This document shows positions 9,063 to 19,421 of a DNA stretch of 64,000 nt, one piece after another. The stretch's first letter is position 1. Each line of letters begins with the position of its first letter. The DNA comes from Giardia intestinalis. Lineage: Eukaryota. Under the pieces are notes generated by a model, which did no database searches, had not been told where the DNA came from, and saw only the letters and a program-made list of their open reading frames with translations. The position numbers and the translations under genes are program-made. The DNA lies in assembly GCA_000002435.2 (NCBI GenBank), contig CM018793.1; one strand, 5' to 3'.

Positions 9063-10622
9063 TCATGCCTTTTTCTGTTTCCGTGATTTCACGGGACTAG
9101 TCTCCTTGGAGAATATCAGGATAAGCGCTGCAACAACTGCATTTACCGCCAGCAAGTAGCACATGTTCTCATATCTCTTTCCTCCGTTCAACTTTATGAG
9201 TTCCGGCGATACATTCTGGAACACTGCAGCGCCCAGGAAGGGAGCTATATTGAAGAAGCCGATCGCCGTCCCAGAAACAGCGATTGGGAACATTTCTTTT
9301 ACATTTGTATAGGCCACGACAATCATAGTGCCTCCTACAAGACCGATGAAGACATAAAGGATCGCGTAGCCCCAAATGGCTGGATTGACGAGCTTTACTA
9401 TAGCAATCCCTAAGTACACTAAAAACATAATTCCATTATTAATAAGTTGCATTGGTTTTCTGCCCATAAGATTGGCGAGTACTGACTGGAGTGGAGACCC
9501 CACGATCGTCCCCAGGTTCAATCCTGCTTGCACCCATGTAGCATCTAGCTTTACATTGCCTCCATTTTGGCTAACTGTGTTGGTGATAAGCTCAACTCCT
9601 GCAGTTGCAGAGATGGTGAAGTATGACCCGGTGCAGAAGAAGTAGGCTACCATCATTAGTATGAGGTACTTGCTGTTCTCTGAGCAGAAGACGATCTTCA
9701 TGGAATCACAGAACTCCGCTAAGTGACTCTTCTTCGCGAGTGAGGACGCAGCAGGATCACTCCTTACCGCAGGCTCCACGACCTCGAAGGTGGGCGCAGC
9801 TGTGTTGCAGTAAAAGTCATGGGCAGAGTCGGGAGCATTGACGACTCCACTTGAGACCAAGCTGCCTTCGGCCACCGTAGGCCCGGCGGCTGGCACAGTA
9901 TTCTGTTGTAGAGTAGGGTCTGTAGGGTCTGTTGATGTGACTCCGAGCTGTTCAGGTTTGCTGGCAGAGGGGTTGGCTATGGGGGCGTAGCCAGCCTTCT
10001 CCGGGGTGTCGTGTGCCACACAAACAAATATAACTGTTAGCAGGGCGGTTATGCCCCCAACAATACTAAAAATATAATCTATAATTAAAGGTTTTGCATT
10101 CGGATTTCTGACTATTGTCTGGATCAATATGGTAAGAGGGGCAGTACAAAAAAAGCCCCCGAGTCCCCCCAGAGCTACCATAATCCCGGTTAACAGCCCG
10201 AACTTATGGATGGGGAACCACAGAGCGATCAGCTTCAGTATCGGAACGTACACAAAGGCTGCCCCTATCCCCACCAGCGATCTCCCAAAGTATACTATAG
10301 CTAGATTTCTAGGGAAAGCAATCACAAGAGATCCTGCAGTCATAAAAATTCCAGCCATAAAAATTGTCCACCGCGGCTTTATCGCATCCACTGTAATGCC
10401 TACAAAAGGTTGCAAAAAAGCGTAAAAGTAGAAGTAAAGCGAGCCGAAGATTGGCAACATCATTTCCTTGGATACGCTGGAACTCGCACTAAATTTATCA
10501 TGAAACTCTTCCCCGATGGAAGCAGCAACCAAACGGTGAAAGAACACTACAATATACATCAAGGCAGATATTACATAGATGGATATGGCTCTGCATTGAC
10601 GAGCACTGTCGCTCTTCGGCAT
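9063..10622 (-). CDS. Major facilitator superfamily-type transporter with a long P/T/S-rich central hydrophilic loop
   Basis: 519 aa with an ATG start. About 6 hydrophobic helices, a ~130-aa low-complexity loop, then another ~6 hydrophobic helices. Confidence 0.5.
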   Translation of the reverse strand: MPKSDSARQCRAISIYVISALMYIVVFFHRLVAASIGEEFHDKFSASSSVSKEMMLPIFGSLYFYFYAFLQPFVGITVDAIKPRWTIFMAGIFMTAGSLVIAFPRNLAIVYFGRSLVGIGAAFVYVPILKLIALWFPIHKFGLLTGIMVALGGLGGFFCTAPLTILIQTIVRNPNAKPLIIDYIFSIVGGITALLTVIFVCVAHDTPEKAGYAPIANPSASKPEQLGVTSTDPTDPTLQQNTVPAAGPTVAEGSLVSSGVVNAPDSAHDFYCNTAAPTFEVVEPAVRSDPAASSLAKKSHLAEFCDSMKIVFCSENSKYLILMMVAYFFCTGSYFTISATAGVELITNTVSQNGGNVKLDATWVQAGLNLGTIVGSPLQSVLANLMGRKPMQLINNGIMFLVYLGIAIVKLVNPAIWGYAILYVFIGLVGGTMIVVAYTNVKEMFPIAVSGTAIGFFNIAPFLGAAVFQNVSPELIKLNGGKRYENMCYLLAVNAVVAALILIFSKETSPVKSRKQKKA

Positions 10623-10649
10623 CTTTTTATTCTATCCGAATTAAATAAT

Positions 10650-12509
10650 TTACTTCGTCTGTAAATCCTCATAGCTCCCACGCCGGTTAGTATAATATTG
10701 TTTCACAAAGTCAACAAATCTATCTACATCTTCAACGGTCGTGATGTATCCCAGTGAAAGCCTGATTGCCCCCAACGGTATCCCTTTCACCATGTCTAAT
10801 TCATCTCCGCACGACGTCTTGTTCTTAGACGCTTCTATGACGTCTTCCTCAGAGATACCCATGTATGTGTTGCAAGCGCCGGGGTTGCAATTGCAACCTA
10901 CTCTCAGCATGAACCCGTTCTTGGCAGCGTGTCTGCTGAAGTTGTAGTATCCGAGATAATTCCCATCGACATCCTTGAGATTGAAAGCTATGATGCCACC
11001 CTGTAAGTTCATGTCATTCTTAGCATGCTCACCATAAACCTCAACCAACGGACGACCGTTATGGTGCTTAAGAGCTATCAGGCTTTCATATGCGCGCCGA
11101 GTCACGGCCCAAACGTGTGCCTGAATGTTCGACATACCAAGACTCTTCAGGATGTTGAACCCGTACCTCAGAGACGGAATGTGGAGAAAATTTAAGGTAC
11201 CGTCTTCGAAACGCTCGTGGTAACTTGGCTTCAGCTTGCAGTAGTCGGATTCGCAGCTGGCCAATACGACAGCTCCGCCCCCGAAGAACGTCTTTTGAAG
11301 CAGCGGATTGATATCATTTCGAACAAGAAGGGCACCGACCCCCGAGGGGTACCCAAACATTTTGTAGAAGCTCACAACCACAAAGGATGCAGGATATTTG
11401 TTCAGGTCCAGGGGATTGGTCGGGACAAACGCAGCAGCATCGAGCAGCACATGCCACACAGAGTTCTTGCTGGTACACATACTGTTAGTGTTCATGAACT
11501 TTGCAGCGAACTCCCCACTCTGGAATGCATGTATTAAATCCAGATTGTACTTGACACCGGAAAAGTTATCCTCCGCTGGGAAGGCGATGAGGTGGTGCGT
11601 CTTGTTTAGATAGACAGAGTCCACCTCCTTGTTGAACGCGATATCCCGGGCTGTCGGTCTGTTGATTCTGTTTGCAGCAGATGCACCACTATTGCCGTTG
11701 GCCAGTTTGAGATATGATGTGTTGCACAGCTTTACGAACTCATCTTCTAGGCTTATGCTGTAGAGATCGAAGGGAAGTGTTCCAAAGCTGGCCCCATGTT
11801 TGAGAGCGACTCTGCGCATCCCCAAGACAGAGTTATGGTTGTGCTTCGAGTACATGAACTGGGATCGGTTAGACCAGGGGAAGGAGTGTGCAATGAGCTG
11901 CAGTCCAGCGGAGGCCCCCGACGTGAAAATGACGGAGTATGTTCCCCGGGGAGCGTTAAAGAACTCGAGGATCATATCTCGTATGTCATCAACTGCTCTC
12001 TCCGAGTTCCTGCTACACGCAGAGTCTGAATGGATATTGCAAAAGAGAGCAGACTCCAGAAATTTAAGAGACTCTTTGAGCTGCGTTACCTGGAAGAGCC
12101 CAGAGCCGGTAAAGTCCAGATACGTAGAGTTTGCACCGAGATTAGGGAATTCTACATGTCTCCAGGAATACAGGCTACCCCCATACGCATAGGCAGGGTA
12201 CTTCTGCATCCATCTTTGAGCGTCTGCATTGGGTTCAACCCTTATTCCACGCCCAGAAATGTCTGTTGCCACATTTGCAAAACCATAGTCAGCAGTCGAT
12301 TCGTTCGCTACATTGGCTGAACGTATGAATGCATCCAACCCAGCCCTATAACCAAGTATGAGCAAGAGCATGAACAACATGCCAGACGCTGCTCCTGCTA
12401 GAAGGGGGATGACCAGCGAAGATTTCTTTGAGGATGGCTTGTACGTGGAATGGCCTTTAGCGCTTTCCTTGTTAGGCATCTTTGAGCTAAAAATAAAAAC
12501 AGACGTCAT
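10650..12509 (-). CDS. PLP-dependent class-V aminotransferase/NifS-like protein of the MOCOS (molybdenum cofactor sulfurase) N-terminal-domain type, with an N-terminal membrane anchor and no MOSC domain
   Basis: PLP-lysine motif VVVSFYKMFGYPSGVGALLVRND. C-terminal catalytic-Cys motif RVGCNCNPGACNTYMG (cf. MOCOS/ABA3 RTGCFCN.GAC). N-terminal TM LLAGAASGMLFMLLLILGY. The track start at 12518 is a TTG; the first ATG is at 12509. Confidence 0.55.
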   Translation of the reverse strand: MTSVFIFSSKMPNKESAKGHSTYKPSSKKSSLVIPLLAGAASGMLFMLLLILGYRAGLDAFIRSANVANESTADYGFANVATDISGRGIRVEPNADAQRWMQKYPAYAYGGSLYSWRHVEFPNLGANSTYLDFTGSGLFQVTQLKESLKFLESALFCNIHSDSACSRNSERAVDDIRDMILEFFNAPRGTYSVIFTSGASAGLQLIAHSFPWSNRSQFMYSKHNHNSVLGMRRVALKHGASFGTLPFDLYSISLEDEFVKLCNTSYLKLANGNSGASAANRINRPTARDIAFNKEVDSVYLNKTHHLIAFPAEDNFSGVKYNLDLIHAFQSGEFAAKFMNTNSMCTSKNSVWHVLLDAAAFVPTNPLDLNKYPASFVVVSFYKMFGYPSGVGALLVRNDINPLLQKTFFGGGAVVLASCESDYCKLKPSYHERFEDGTLNFLHIPSLRYGFNILKSLGMSNIQAHVWAVTRRAYESLIALKHHNGRPLVEVYGEHAKNDMNLQGGIIAFNLKDVDGNYLGYYNFSRHAAKNGFMLRVGCNCNPGACNTYMGISEEDVIEASKNKTSCGDELDMVKGIPLGAIRLSLGYITTVEDVDRFVDFVKQYYTNRRGSYEDLQTK

Positions 12510-12828
12510 AGAACGCAAATTAGGAAGGAAAATGTGTGATCACCCCAGCAACCCTTAGTAATCGCCAAGAGTGGCGGAGAGCAACGCAGGAGCGTCAGTT
12601 TAGCTTTTACTCATAGGCGGTCTTTAAAAGCCGATTCTATTTACTTAGAGATTAACGAAAGGAAAACGTGACGCATCACGGGCTTGGCCCGCGCCAAGGC
12701 TCGGCAGCAGGAATGCCTTAGATTACTTGCAACGTAGCTGTACAGTGTTCATTAAATTAAATTTGAATTTCAAATCGATTTTTGCTGCAAAGTTCAAAAA
12801 ACGGCATCAGCAGCTTAAATAAAAACCT

Positions 12829-13575
12829 ATGGCCGAGGCATTTACGCGTGAAGACTACGTCTTTATGGCTCAGCTCAACGAGAACGCCGAGCGCTATGAT
12901 GAGATGGTGGAGACCATGAGGAAGATCTCCGGTATGGAAGGCGAGCTCTCGGATAAGGAGCGAAACCTGCTTTCTGTAGCCTACAAGAACGTCATCGGCC
13001 CCCGCCGCGCAGCCTGGAGGATCGTCTCCTCCATCGAGGCGAAGGAGAAGGGCCGCCAGAAGCCGAACGCCAAGCGAATCGAGCAGATCCGTGTGTACAG
13101 GCAGAAGATAGAGAAAGAGCTTTCGGACATCTGCAACGACATCCTCAAGCTCCTCCAGGAGCAGTTCGTCCCCCGCTCCACAAATGCCGACGCGAAGGTC
13201 TTCTACTACAAGATGCAGGGAGACTACTATAGGTACCTCGCCGAGTACTCGTCGGGCGAGGACAAGGAGAAGATCGCCGGCTCTGCCCTCAACGCCTACA
13301 ACTCTGCGTTCGAGATCTCCCAGCAGCTGCCTCCGACCCACCCGATCCGTCTCGGGCTGGCTCTGAACTTCTCTGTCTTCTACTATGAGATCCTCGCGTC
13401 TCCTGACAGGGCTTGCGAGCTTGCGCGCAAGGCTTTCGACGCGGCCATCACAGATCTGGACAAGCTGACCGAGGAGTCTTACAAGGACTCGACCCTCATC
13501 ATGCAGCTCCTCCGCGACAACCTCAACCTCTGGGTGACGGACTCTGCCGGTGACGATAATGCCGAGGAGAAGTAG
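12829..13575 (+). CDS. 14-3-3: 14-3-3 protein
   Basis: 248 aa. Canonical 14-3-3 blocks [52 protein letters not shown]-rich initiator (cttaaataaaaacctATG). AGTAAAT poly(A) signal 12 nt after the stop. Confidence 0.95.
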   Translation: MAEAFTREDYVFMAQLNENAERYDEMVETMRKISGMEGELSDKERNLLSVAYKNVIGPRRAAWRIVSSIEAKEKGRQKPNAKRIEQIRVYRQKIEKELSDICNDILKLLQEQFVPRSTNADAKVFYYKMQGDYYRYLAEYSSGEDKEKIAGSALNAYNSAFEISQQLPPTHPIRLGLALNFSVFYYEILASPDRACELARKAFDAAITDLDKLTEESYKDSTLIMQLLRDNLNLWVTDSAGDDNAEEK

Positions 13576-13586
13576 ATCTGGCGCCG

Positions 13587-13593
13587 AGTAAAT
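13587..13593 (+). promoter_or_regulatory. AGTAAAT putative polyadenylation signal (Giardia AGTRAAY) for the 14-3-3 gene
   Basis: Exact AGTRAAY match 12 nt after the stop codon. Confidence 0.5.
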
Positions 13594-13607
13594 GTGCTGA
13601 CCGTTTA

Positions 13608-16600
13608 CTAGGGGAAGAACTGGGCAACTTCGGGGCAAAGCAGCTCCTCGACGAGGTTTGTAAACGTCTTGGCGCACCCGGAGGCCACCTTGACGACTGG
13701 TGTGGCACTCGAGTGGCCTCTTGGGTAGCAGTGCGGACAGCTCTCCTGGCCTTGGAGGCAGTTGCCATGGAATGCGTGCCCGCAGCCGAGATAAGTGATT
13801 GGGGGCTCTAGTCGGAAGTTGCAACGTGCACAGTTCCCCTTGGTCCATTGGCGCGGCTTAGATATATCGGCAAGACGCTCCTCCCAAGTCCGGAGCTGCG
13901 TCTGATTCTTTATCATAGTGTTCACGCAGTCGCAGAGGCTCGTAGACACCTTTTCGCCTATCTGCCGGAAGTACTCTGCGAAGGGCCCGAAGGTCACGCT
14001 TGGGCTGCTGTCCGAAAAGGTTGGAGAAACAGTAGTGAACTCATCTGCCTCAAAACAGTACTCACTCTTTGCATCGGTCTGCAACGACTCATGCGAAAGC
14101 GGGAGGGCTGTGGTGATGACCTGCAGTACCTGCTCATACGGTGCCTCCTTGCGCTTCATGATCGTCCGGAGAACGTCGGCAGTCGCCTCGACATTCTTGG
14201 TGCTGATGCACGCCGTTAGGAGCTCCATCCAGATGTCTTTCTCAAAGCTGGCGTCTGAAATAAACTCTTTATCATCCAGCATGCGCCCATACGCCTCGCC
14301 GGCGCTATATAGGTCTCCAGTGCTGATATAAAAGCGAATACAGCTTATGTGATCAAGATTCATTTGCAACAAACGCAGGATCCCTGCCTTAAAGTCGTGA
14401 AGATAGAAGCATACCAGAATGCGAGCCAACCCATCTCTTATCTCGAACTTGAGCTTCTTCTGTCTCTTGGCTGCCTTTTCCTTTCCACTGGCTCTCCCCG
14501 CCGGCTTAACTGCTACCTGACTTCGTGCAATATCGGGGCTCTTAAGCCGGGATATAACCGCACTGCCGGTGTTATCAATCACGTTATTTATAAATCTGAT
14601 ATAATCCTTGAGATTCTTCAGAATTTCTGCCTCGCTTATCTTCAGACAGAGTTGGAGCTCGAAAAACACAACAGCCGTGGCCGGCTTGAACGAATCATAA
14701 CCGAGGGTGTTATCCAGCACTCTTGCAAAAAGTGATTTCAGAATATCTAGAAGATTGCTGTTAAGCGATGCTTCAAAAAAGACAAGCATGAACTCCTCAA
14801 TAGAAAACACCTGCTCAGTCGTCACCGCTGGTTTGTTCCATTTGGACATGCGCGTGATCCATGCAGGGATCTCTCTCGGCTCTTCCTTGGTCGCCAGCAG
14901 GACAGACTGGCGGTACCGCACAGGAAGGTTGGCAGGCTGTTCAGAGGAAAACATCACACACAGGCGCTTTATGGTCTTGCAGATGTCCTGGGGCGAATGC
15001 CTAATGAGCTCGCGCCCAAACTCCAGTATGGCTGCCCGACAGTCGTCGAAGTCCATCACAGACAGGAGACAAAGCACCTCAATGTATCTGTTTGTTTCAA
15101 TTAGAAGGTTAATGGCGAGCAGTCCCTCCCCGAGACAGATAGAAAGTAATAGCGCCTCGTCCACCATTCCCATGTCACGTAGTGCATCGTATGCTCCCTT
15201 GATGTTTTTAATTGTGCACTGCTGGCAATTAGTATTCTGATAAACTTGAATAGCCTCCTCGATAAAGTCGTGGATGGCTTCCCTCTGGCCCAGTTTCTCA
15301 TAGAAATTAAAGAGCATGCGGACATGCATGTCCTCGGCCTTTCCTGCCCGATTGATGGACAGAATATAGCGCACCATCAGGTCCACCCTGTTCTTTGCAA
15401 GAAACTTAGACAGCACCACACAGGGCTCCAGAAGCTTCGATGTTTGACTATACTCTTCGATTGATTGTTCAAGCTGACCCTGTTCAAAGAGAAAGTCTGC
15501 AAACTGCATGTGTATAGTTGCAATGTTGAACGATGTTAAGGAGCAGTTGCTGCTCTTCGCCATGGCAAGAGCCTCGGTGTAGAGCTTATTGCTTATCAAA
15601 GACTTGATCTGTGCATGTGTACTGAGAAGATTGATCTCTCTTATGGAAAAGTTTTGAGAGGGAGAGGTAGCCAGACAGACGAAGGCATTCGTCACAGGAG
15701 ACACAACAACCTTGTACTCCGTTTGCGGAAGGGATGATTTGTACACAAGCTTCGTAGCGTCATACACTGCTAGAGCCCCTGAGAGCTCCAGTGTCATTAA
15801 GTGATTAATGGAGTTTCGTTGAAGAGCCATCAGAGGTGACGGAAGTGACGTGTAGAGGAGGGGATGCGGTGCCCTAATAACGGTGTCAATCTTCGCTATA
15901 TCGTTTGGATTATTGAGAGCTAAATTAGAGAGAGAGCATGGTGTCAGTACCTCTACAATTTGGAGTGATGACGTATAATTAAAATAAGTTATAGTGCCAA
16001 ACGCATTCTTGGGAGAGCTTGCGGGGAAGCTACTATTGTAGTCACAAAGAATAGCAGATCTATGCGTTGGTTGCGGGGAAACAAGTCTAGCCAGGCTATG
16101 TAGATGTGCGCCATAACCGTTAAACGCGTACAGTCCTATGTATGAGGAAACACTGTCGGAATTAAGGGTAGAAGAAATTGTCGTGAGGCTCGATCCAAAG
16201 ACCCATGCAAGGCGAGTCCCCTCAGTCGATGGAACTATAAAAACGCTCTGAATGGGAATGCGTGAACTAGAGTCCTTCTTTCCTTGCAGCGATGCCCCAG
16301 TAATCTCTGTGACATACAAGGATTTGTTTCTGTTGAGGCGAATGACCTCAACCTGGCCCTTGTTAGTTCCAAGAATAAGGTAATGTTCATCCTCCGTTAC
16401 TGACATGGCGGAAACAGCCATCCCAGTGATGGCCATTGAAAGTGAGGACGGGATCTTCTGCCGAAAGATTAAAGTCGCGCCAGTTCCTGAGGAGTGACGC
16501 CTTCTGTTCTGAGAATAAGCAAAGACAGCAAGGGAGAACCCAGAACGCGCCTGGCCTGATGATTGGTGGGCCAAAAAAGCGCCGCCAAAACGAGTACGAG

Positions 16601-16874
16601 ACTGAACACTTTCGTCTATCCCCACAACAAAGATGTGGGTTGGACCAACAAGGATCTTTTGGAGCGTCACACTGAAGACTTCGATGAGTGACCACTCAAT
16701 AGCATTCGATTCACGCTGGCCCAAAAGCAGGCTACCGTCCGACAGCCCAAGAAGATAGCCTCCCCAGGAGGTCATAGCAAAGTCTGTGATGACTACGCCG
16801 CTGGCCAGAAACGGTGACAGGTCGTGTTCAAGGAGGACCTCCTCGTAGAAGGAAACGTGGTCTGGTTGCTGCAT
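13608..16874 (-). CDS. Class-C Vps (HOPS/CORVET core, Vps11/Vps18-like) protein: beta-propeller plus alpha-solenoid plus C-terminal RING-H2
   Basis: About 1088 aa. C-terminal CARCNFRLEPPITYLGCGHAFHGNCLQGQESCPHCYP RING-H2 finger. Long helical-repeat middle region. The track start at 16895 is a TTG; the first ATG is at 16874. Confidence 0.5.
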   Translation of the reverse strand: MQQPDHVSFYEEVLLEHDLSPFLASGVVITDFAMTSWGGYLLGLSDGSLLLGQRESNAIEWSLIEVFSVTLQKILVGPTHIFVVGIDESVQSRTRFGGAFLAHQSSGQARSGFSLAVFAYSQNRRRHSSGTGATLIFRQKIPSSLSMAITGMAVSAMSVTEDEHYLILGTNKGQVEVIRLNRNKSLYVTEITGASLQGKKDSSSRIPIQSVFIVPSTEGTRLAWVFGSSLTTISSTLNSDSVSSYIGLYAFNGYGAHLHSLARLVSPQPTHRSAILCDYNSSFPASSPKNAFGTITYFNYTSSLQIVEVLTPCSLSNLALNNPNDIAKIDTVIRAPHPLLYTSLPSPLMALQRNSINHLMTLELSGALAVYDATKLVYKSSLPQTEYKVVVSPVTNAFVCLATSPSQNFSIREINLLSTHAQIKSLISNKLYTEALAMAKSSNCSLTSFNIATIHMQFADFLFEQGQLEQSIEEYSQTSKLLEPCVVLSKFLAKNRVDLMVRYILSINRAGKAEDMHVRMLFNFYEKLGQREAIHDFIEEAIQVYQNTNCQQCTIKNIKGAYDALRDMGMVDEALLLSICLGEGLLAINLLIETNRYIEVLCLLSVMDFDDCRAAILEFGRELIRHSPQDICKTIKRLCVMFSSEQPANLPVRYRQSVLLATKEEPREIPAWITRMSKWNKPAVTTEQVFSIEEFMLVFFEASLNSNLLDILKSLFARVLDNTLGYDSFKPATAVVFFELQLCLKISEAEILKNLKDYIRFINNVIDNTGSAVISRLKSPDIARSQVAVKPAGRASGKEKAAKRQKKLKFEIRDGLARILVCFYLHDFKAGILRLLQMNLDHISCIRFYISTGDLYSAGEAYGRMLDDKEFISDASFEKDIWMELLTACISTKNVEATADVLRTIMKRKEAPYEQVLQVITTALPLSHESLQTDAKSEYCFEADEFTTVSPTFSDSSPSVTFGPFAEYFRQIGEKVSTSLCDCVNTMIKNQTQLRTWEERLADISKPRQWTKGNCARCNFRLEPPITYLGCGHAFHGNCLQGQESCPHCYPRGHSSATPVVKVASGCAKTFTNLVEELLCPEVAQFFP

Positions 16875-17033
16875 GCTATGGCAGGTATGTAACAAATTTT
16901 TTTTGACTGGAAGAGAAGATTTTTAGATCAGCCCCATCATTACGGCATAAGGCCGTCAATTAAAAAGGGTGCCAAATCTGCTACAAGACAGCTTTCATCA
17001 AGGGCAGCAAAGCTAATTTTAAAAAGTCTCTGC

Positions 17034-18767
17034 ATGCCTGCTACCCAACAAATAGCAGGCCTTGCCCTTGGAGAGCGTGTCTCTGGAAACAGTGCACTCA
17101 TGGGGTCTCTCGAATCACTATATAAAGCCAAATGCGCTGCACGGTCCATTCTTCAAAGTAATGCCAGGACTACCAAGTGCGCTAAATCCCGTAAGGGACA
17201 GTTCCCAGCTAACGATGACGAAAAAGGAGCCACATCGCAGGAGGTTGCATCAGTGTTGGACACTCTATCCAACTCGATTTCACAGATAAAGAAGACTACC
17301 GATCTCGGAAGGTCCAGTGACGTTCCTAGGGTGCAGACGCTGAATCAGATCACTGCTTCAGACCTGCTTATGATTCCTGCCCAGGTCCAGGCACCGACGG
17401 CGGCGGAAGAGACAAACACTAATGATAGGGATTTTGACAGTAGTGTTTTCTTCTTTGACTATAGCCATTGCAATGGGAAGTCTCTGCAGATGCAGGTGGC
17501 TGAGCTTAGACAGCATCCTGAGTTGCTTCGGAGCTTCCAAGAAGAGGTAATCGCTAACAAGCGTAAGCAGGTCCTAGATGAGAGGAACCGCCAAAACAAG
17601 TTACGCATGCAGCACAGGGAGAAAATGATGCGCTCATTGAGTTGCTCGTATGCAGCAAAGCCTATCATTGAGAACTTTCCGGCTTACAATAAGGCTCTAA
17701 TATCTCAAGGCTTCTACTCGCCAGAATCGCAGCACATGCGAACGCTAAAGCACGCAGAAGCTCTAGACGCGCATATTGATAATATCTATTATAAAAGGGA
17801 CTGTCTAGACGCCGATTTGTTGGCAAGGAAGCTGCTAACAATTAGGAAGCCTTCAGAAAAGCCAATACTTCCGCAGACCTTTATCAGACAACGCACAGAG
17901 CTGGGACAATTTGTGTGTTTTACTGCCCGGCTGGCACTGCTGTTCCAAGTCGCCACAAGATTCTGTGAGATCCGAATGAACAATGACTACATGACAAGCG
18001 CAGCGATAATCATACAATACACATACAGAGTACACAGGGCGTCGCTTACGTATAAGCAAACAAAAGCGTCAACGATACGCATTCAGCGGGCATCACTTGC
18101 GTTTCTTAATAGACTACGACGACAGAGGCGCCAGAAGGCTCTAGTCAACGTTAAGCAGTTTCTTCTAGGGATTTACATGAAGAATGTTTGGCCCGCTGCT
18201 GCCATTATGCACATGAATGCTGGCAATACAATCCTTCGCGAGCTGCGGCTTTACAAGGCACGGAAGTTGGCTCGCTTGGAGTTGCTTGTTCTCCTTCTGG
18301 CAAAGATAGACCGCCTAGATACGTTTTCCAGACTTCGCAACACGGGGTACCAGGCTCACCTGCGCGAGCTAGCGCTAGACGCCAACAAGAAGAAAAAGCC
18401 AGGCGAGGGCGCTAGAAAGCCACCTGCGCAATATTCCATAGAGCACTTTAATCCATCCCCAGACGAAGTAGAGGAGGATCTCCTTGCACCAGAGACTCTC
18501 CTTATTATCGCGCGTGTCTACTTGACGGCTGCTTTTCAGTTCCACCAGTCTGAACTGGAGGCTGTTGGGTGCAGAAATGCTGATGCTAATGCTAATAAGG
18601 ACAATACTATTTCTGCTTTATTGCTGCTTCCAAGCTACGTGTGTAGCTCTGCTCTGCTCAAAACTGCCCGTGAAAACCTTCCGGAGTTCCGTGTTATGCT
18701 TACAGACTACCTAAGTACAGAATTAGATCTTCTTGAGTTTGGACCTCGGTTTCCAGATGAGCACTAG
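17034..18767 (+). CDS. Hypothetical protein with IQ-like calmodulin-binding motifs
   Basis: 577 aa. ATG in an AT-rich context (agctaattttaaaaagtctctgcATG). Motifs IIQYTYRVHRASL..., IRIQRASLAFLNRLRRQRRQKAL. Confidence 0.45.
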   Translation: MPATQQIAGLALGERVSGNSALMGSLESLYKAKCAARSILQSNARTTKCAKSRKGQFPANDDEKGATSQEVASVLDTLSNSISQIKKTTDLGRSSDVPRVQTLNQITASDLLMIPAQVQAPTAAEETNTNDRDFDSSVFFFDYSHCNGKSLQMQVAELRQHPELLRSFQEEVIANKRKQVLDERNRQNKLRMQHREKMMRSLSCSYAAKPIIENFPAYNKALISQGFYSPESQHMRTLKHAEALDAHIDNIYYKRDCLDADLLARKLLTIRKPSEKPILPQTFIRQRTELGQFVCFTARLALLFQVATRFCEIRMNNDYMTSAAIIIQYTYRVHRASLTYKQTKASTIRIQRASLAFLNRLRRQRRQKALVNVKQFLLGIYMKNVWPAAAIMHMNAGNTILRELRLYKARKLARLELLVLLLAKIDRLDTFSRLRNTGYQAHLRELALDANKKKKPGEGARKPPAQYSIEHFNPSPDEVEEDLLAPETLLIIARVYLTAAFQFHQSELEAVGCRNADANANKDNTISALLLLPSYVCSSALLKTARENLPEFRVMLTDYLSTELDLLEFGPRFPDEH

Positions 18768-19421
18768 ACTACAAACTAACTGTAGCGATCTCACCACCTT
18801 GGCTGTTGTGGGGCGCCTTTAGAAAGCAGGGCGTTCTTGCCTTCTAGTGGCTGATGCATCTTTGCTCAGTCTGCTCAAAACGTTACAAGTCTTTGGCATC
18901 ATGCGTGCTATGCCTGGACCGAGACTTCATTTAGAGAATACTTACTTTGGTGAATATCCCTCAGACTTAGTTCTTGACGGCGTTATATATACTTTCGCGT
19001 GCTTTCTCGCTCATACTTCTCCAGTTACTGGTTGATTTCTGCTCCTACAGTGCTCTCTGTCCCACGAGCTTTTACGGCTTGACTTACAGTACGGCTTCGC
19101 TTGCGTCTATACAGGTTGTTATTTACACAGATGTCATAAAGTGCTTTGCTGTGAAAAGCCTATGTTTTTTGAGGACATTATCAATCTGGATTTACTAACC
19201 TAACCAACAATCTCAAATAAATTTATATCACTGTGACCTCTTGAGAAATTTCTACCATTTGGAGCCTTATCTAGGACTCGGGAGACGACAGGGACGATGG
19301 TAAAATGTAACGCTGTATGCATCCCGTGGCTAGCCACTTATGGTTTACAGGTAGTACATTAGACTTAATTATGTCTAAATCATTTTAGCGTCTGTTGTAC
19401 CCGAGCAAAAAATAAAAGACC

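Noticed and set aside
12757-13848. 363-aa minus-strand ORF spanning the whole 14-3-3 locus
   Set aside because: It is fully antisense to the unmistakable 14-3-3 CDS. Its R/P/L/G-rich translation is typical of the reverse frame of GC-rich coding sequence and has no start context of its own.
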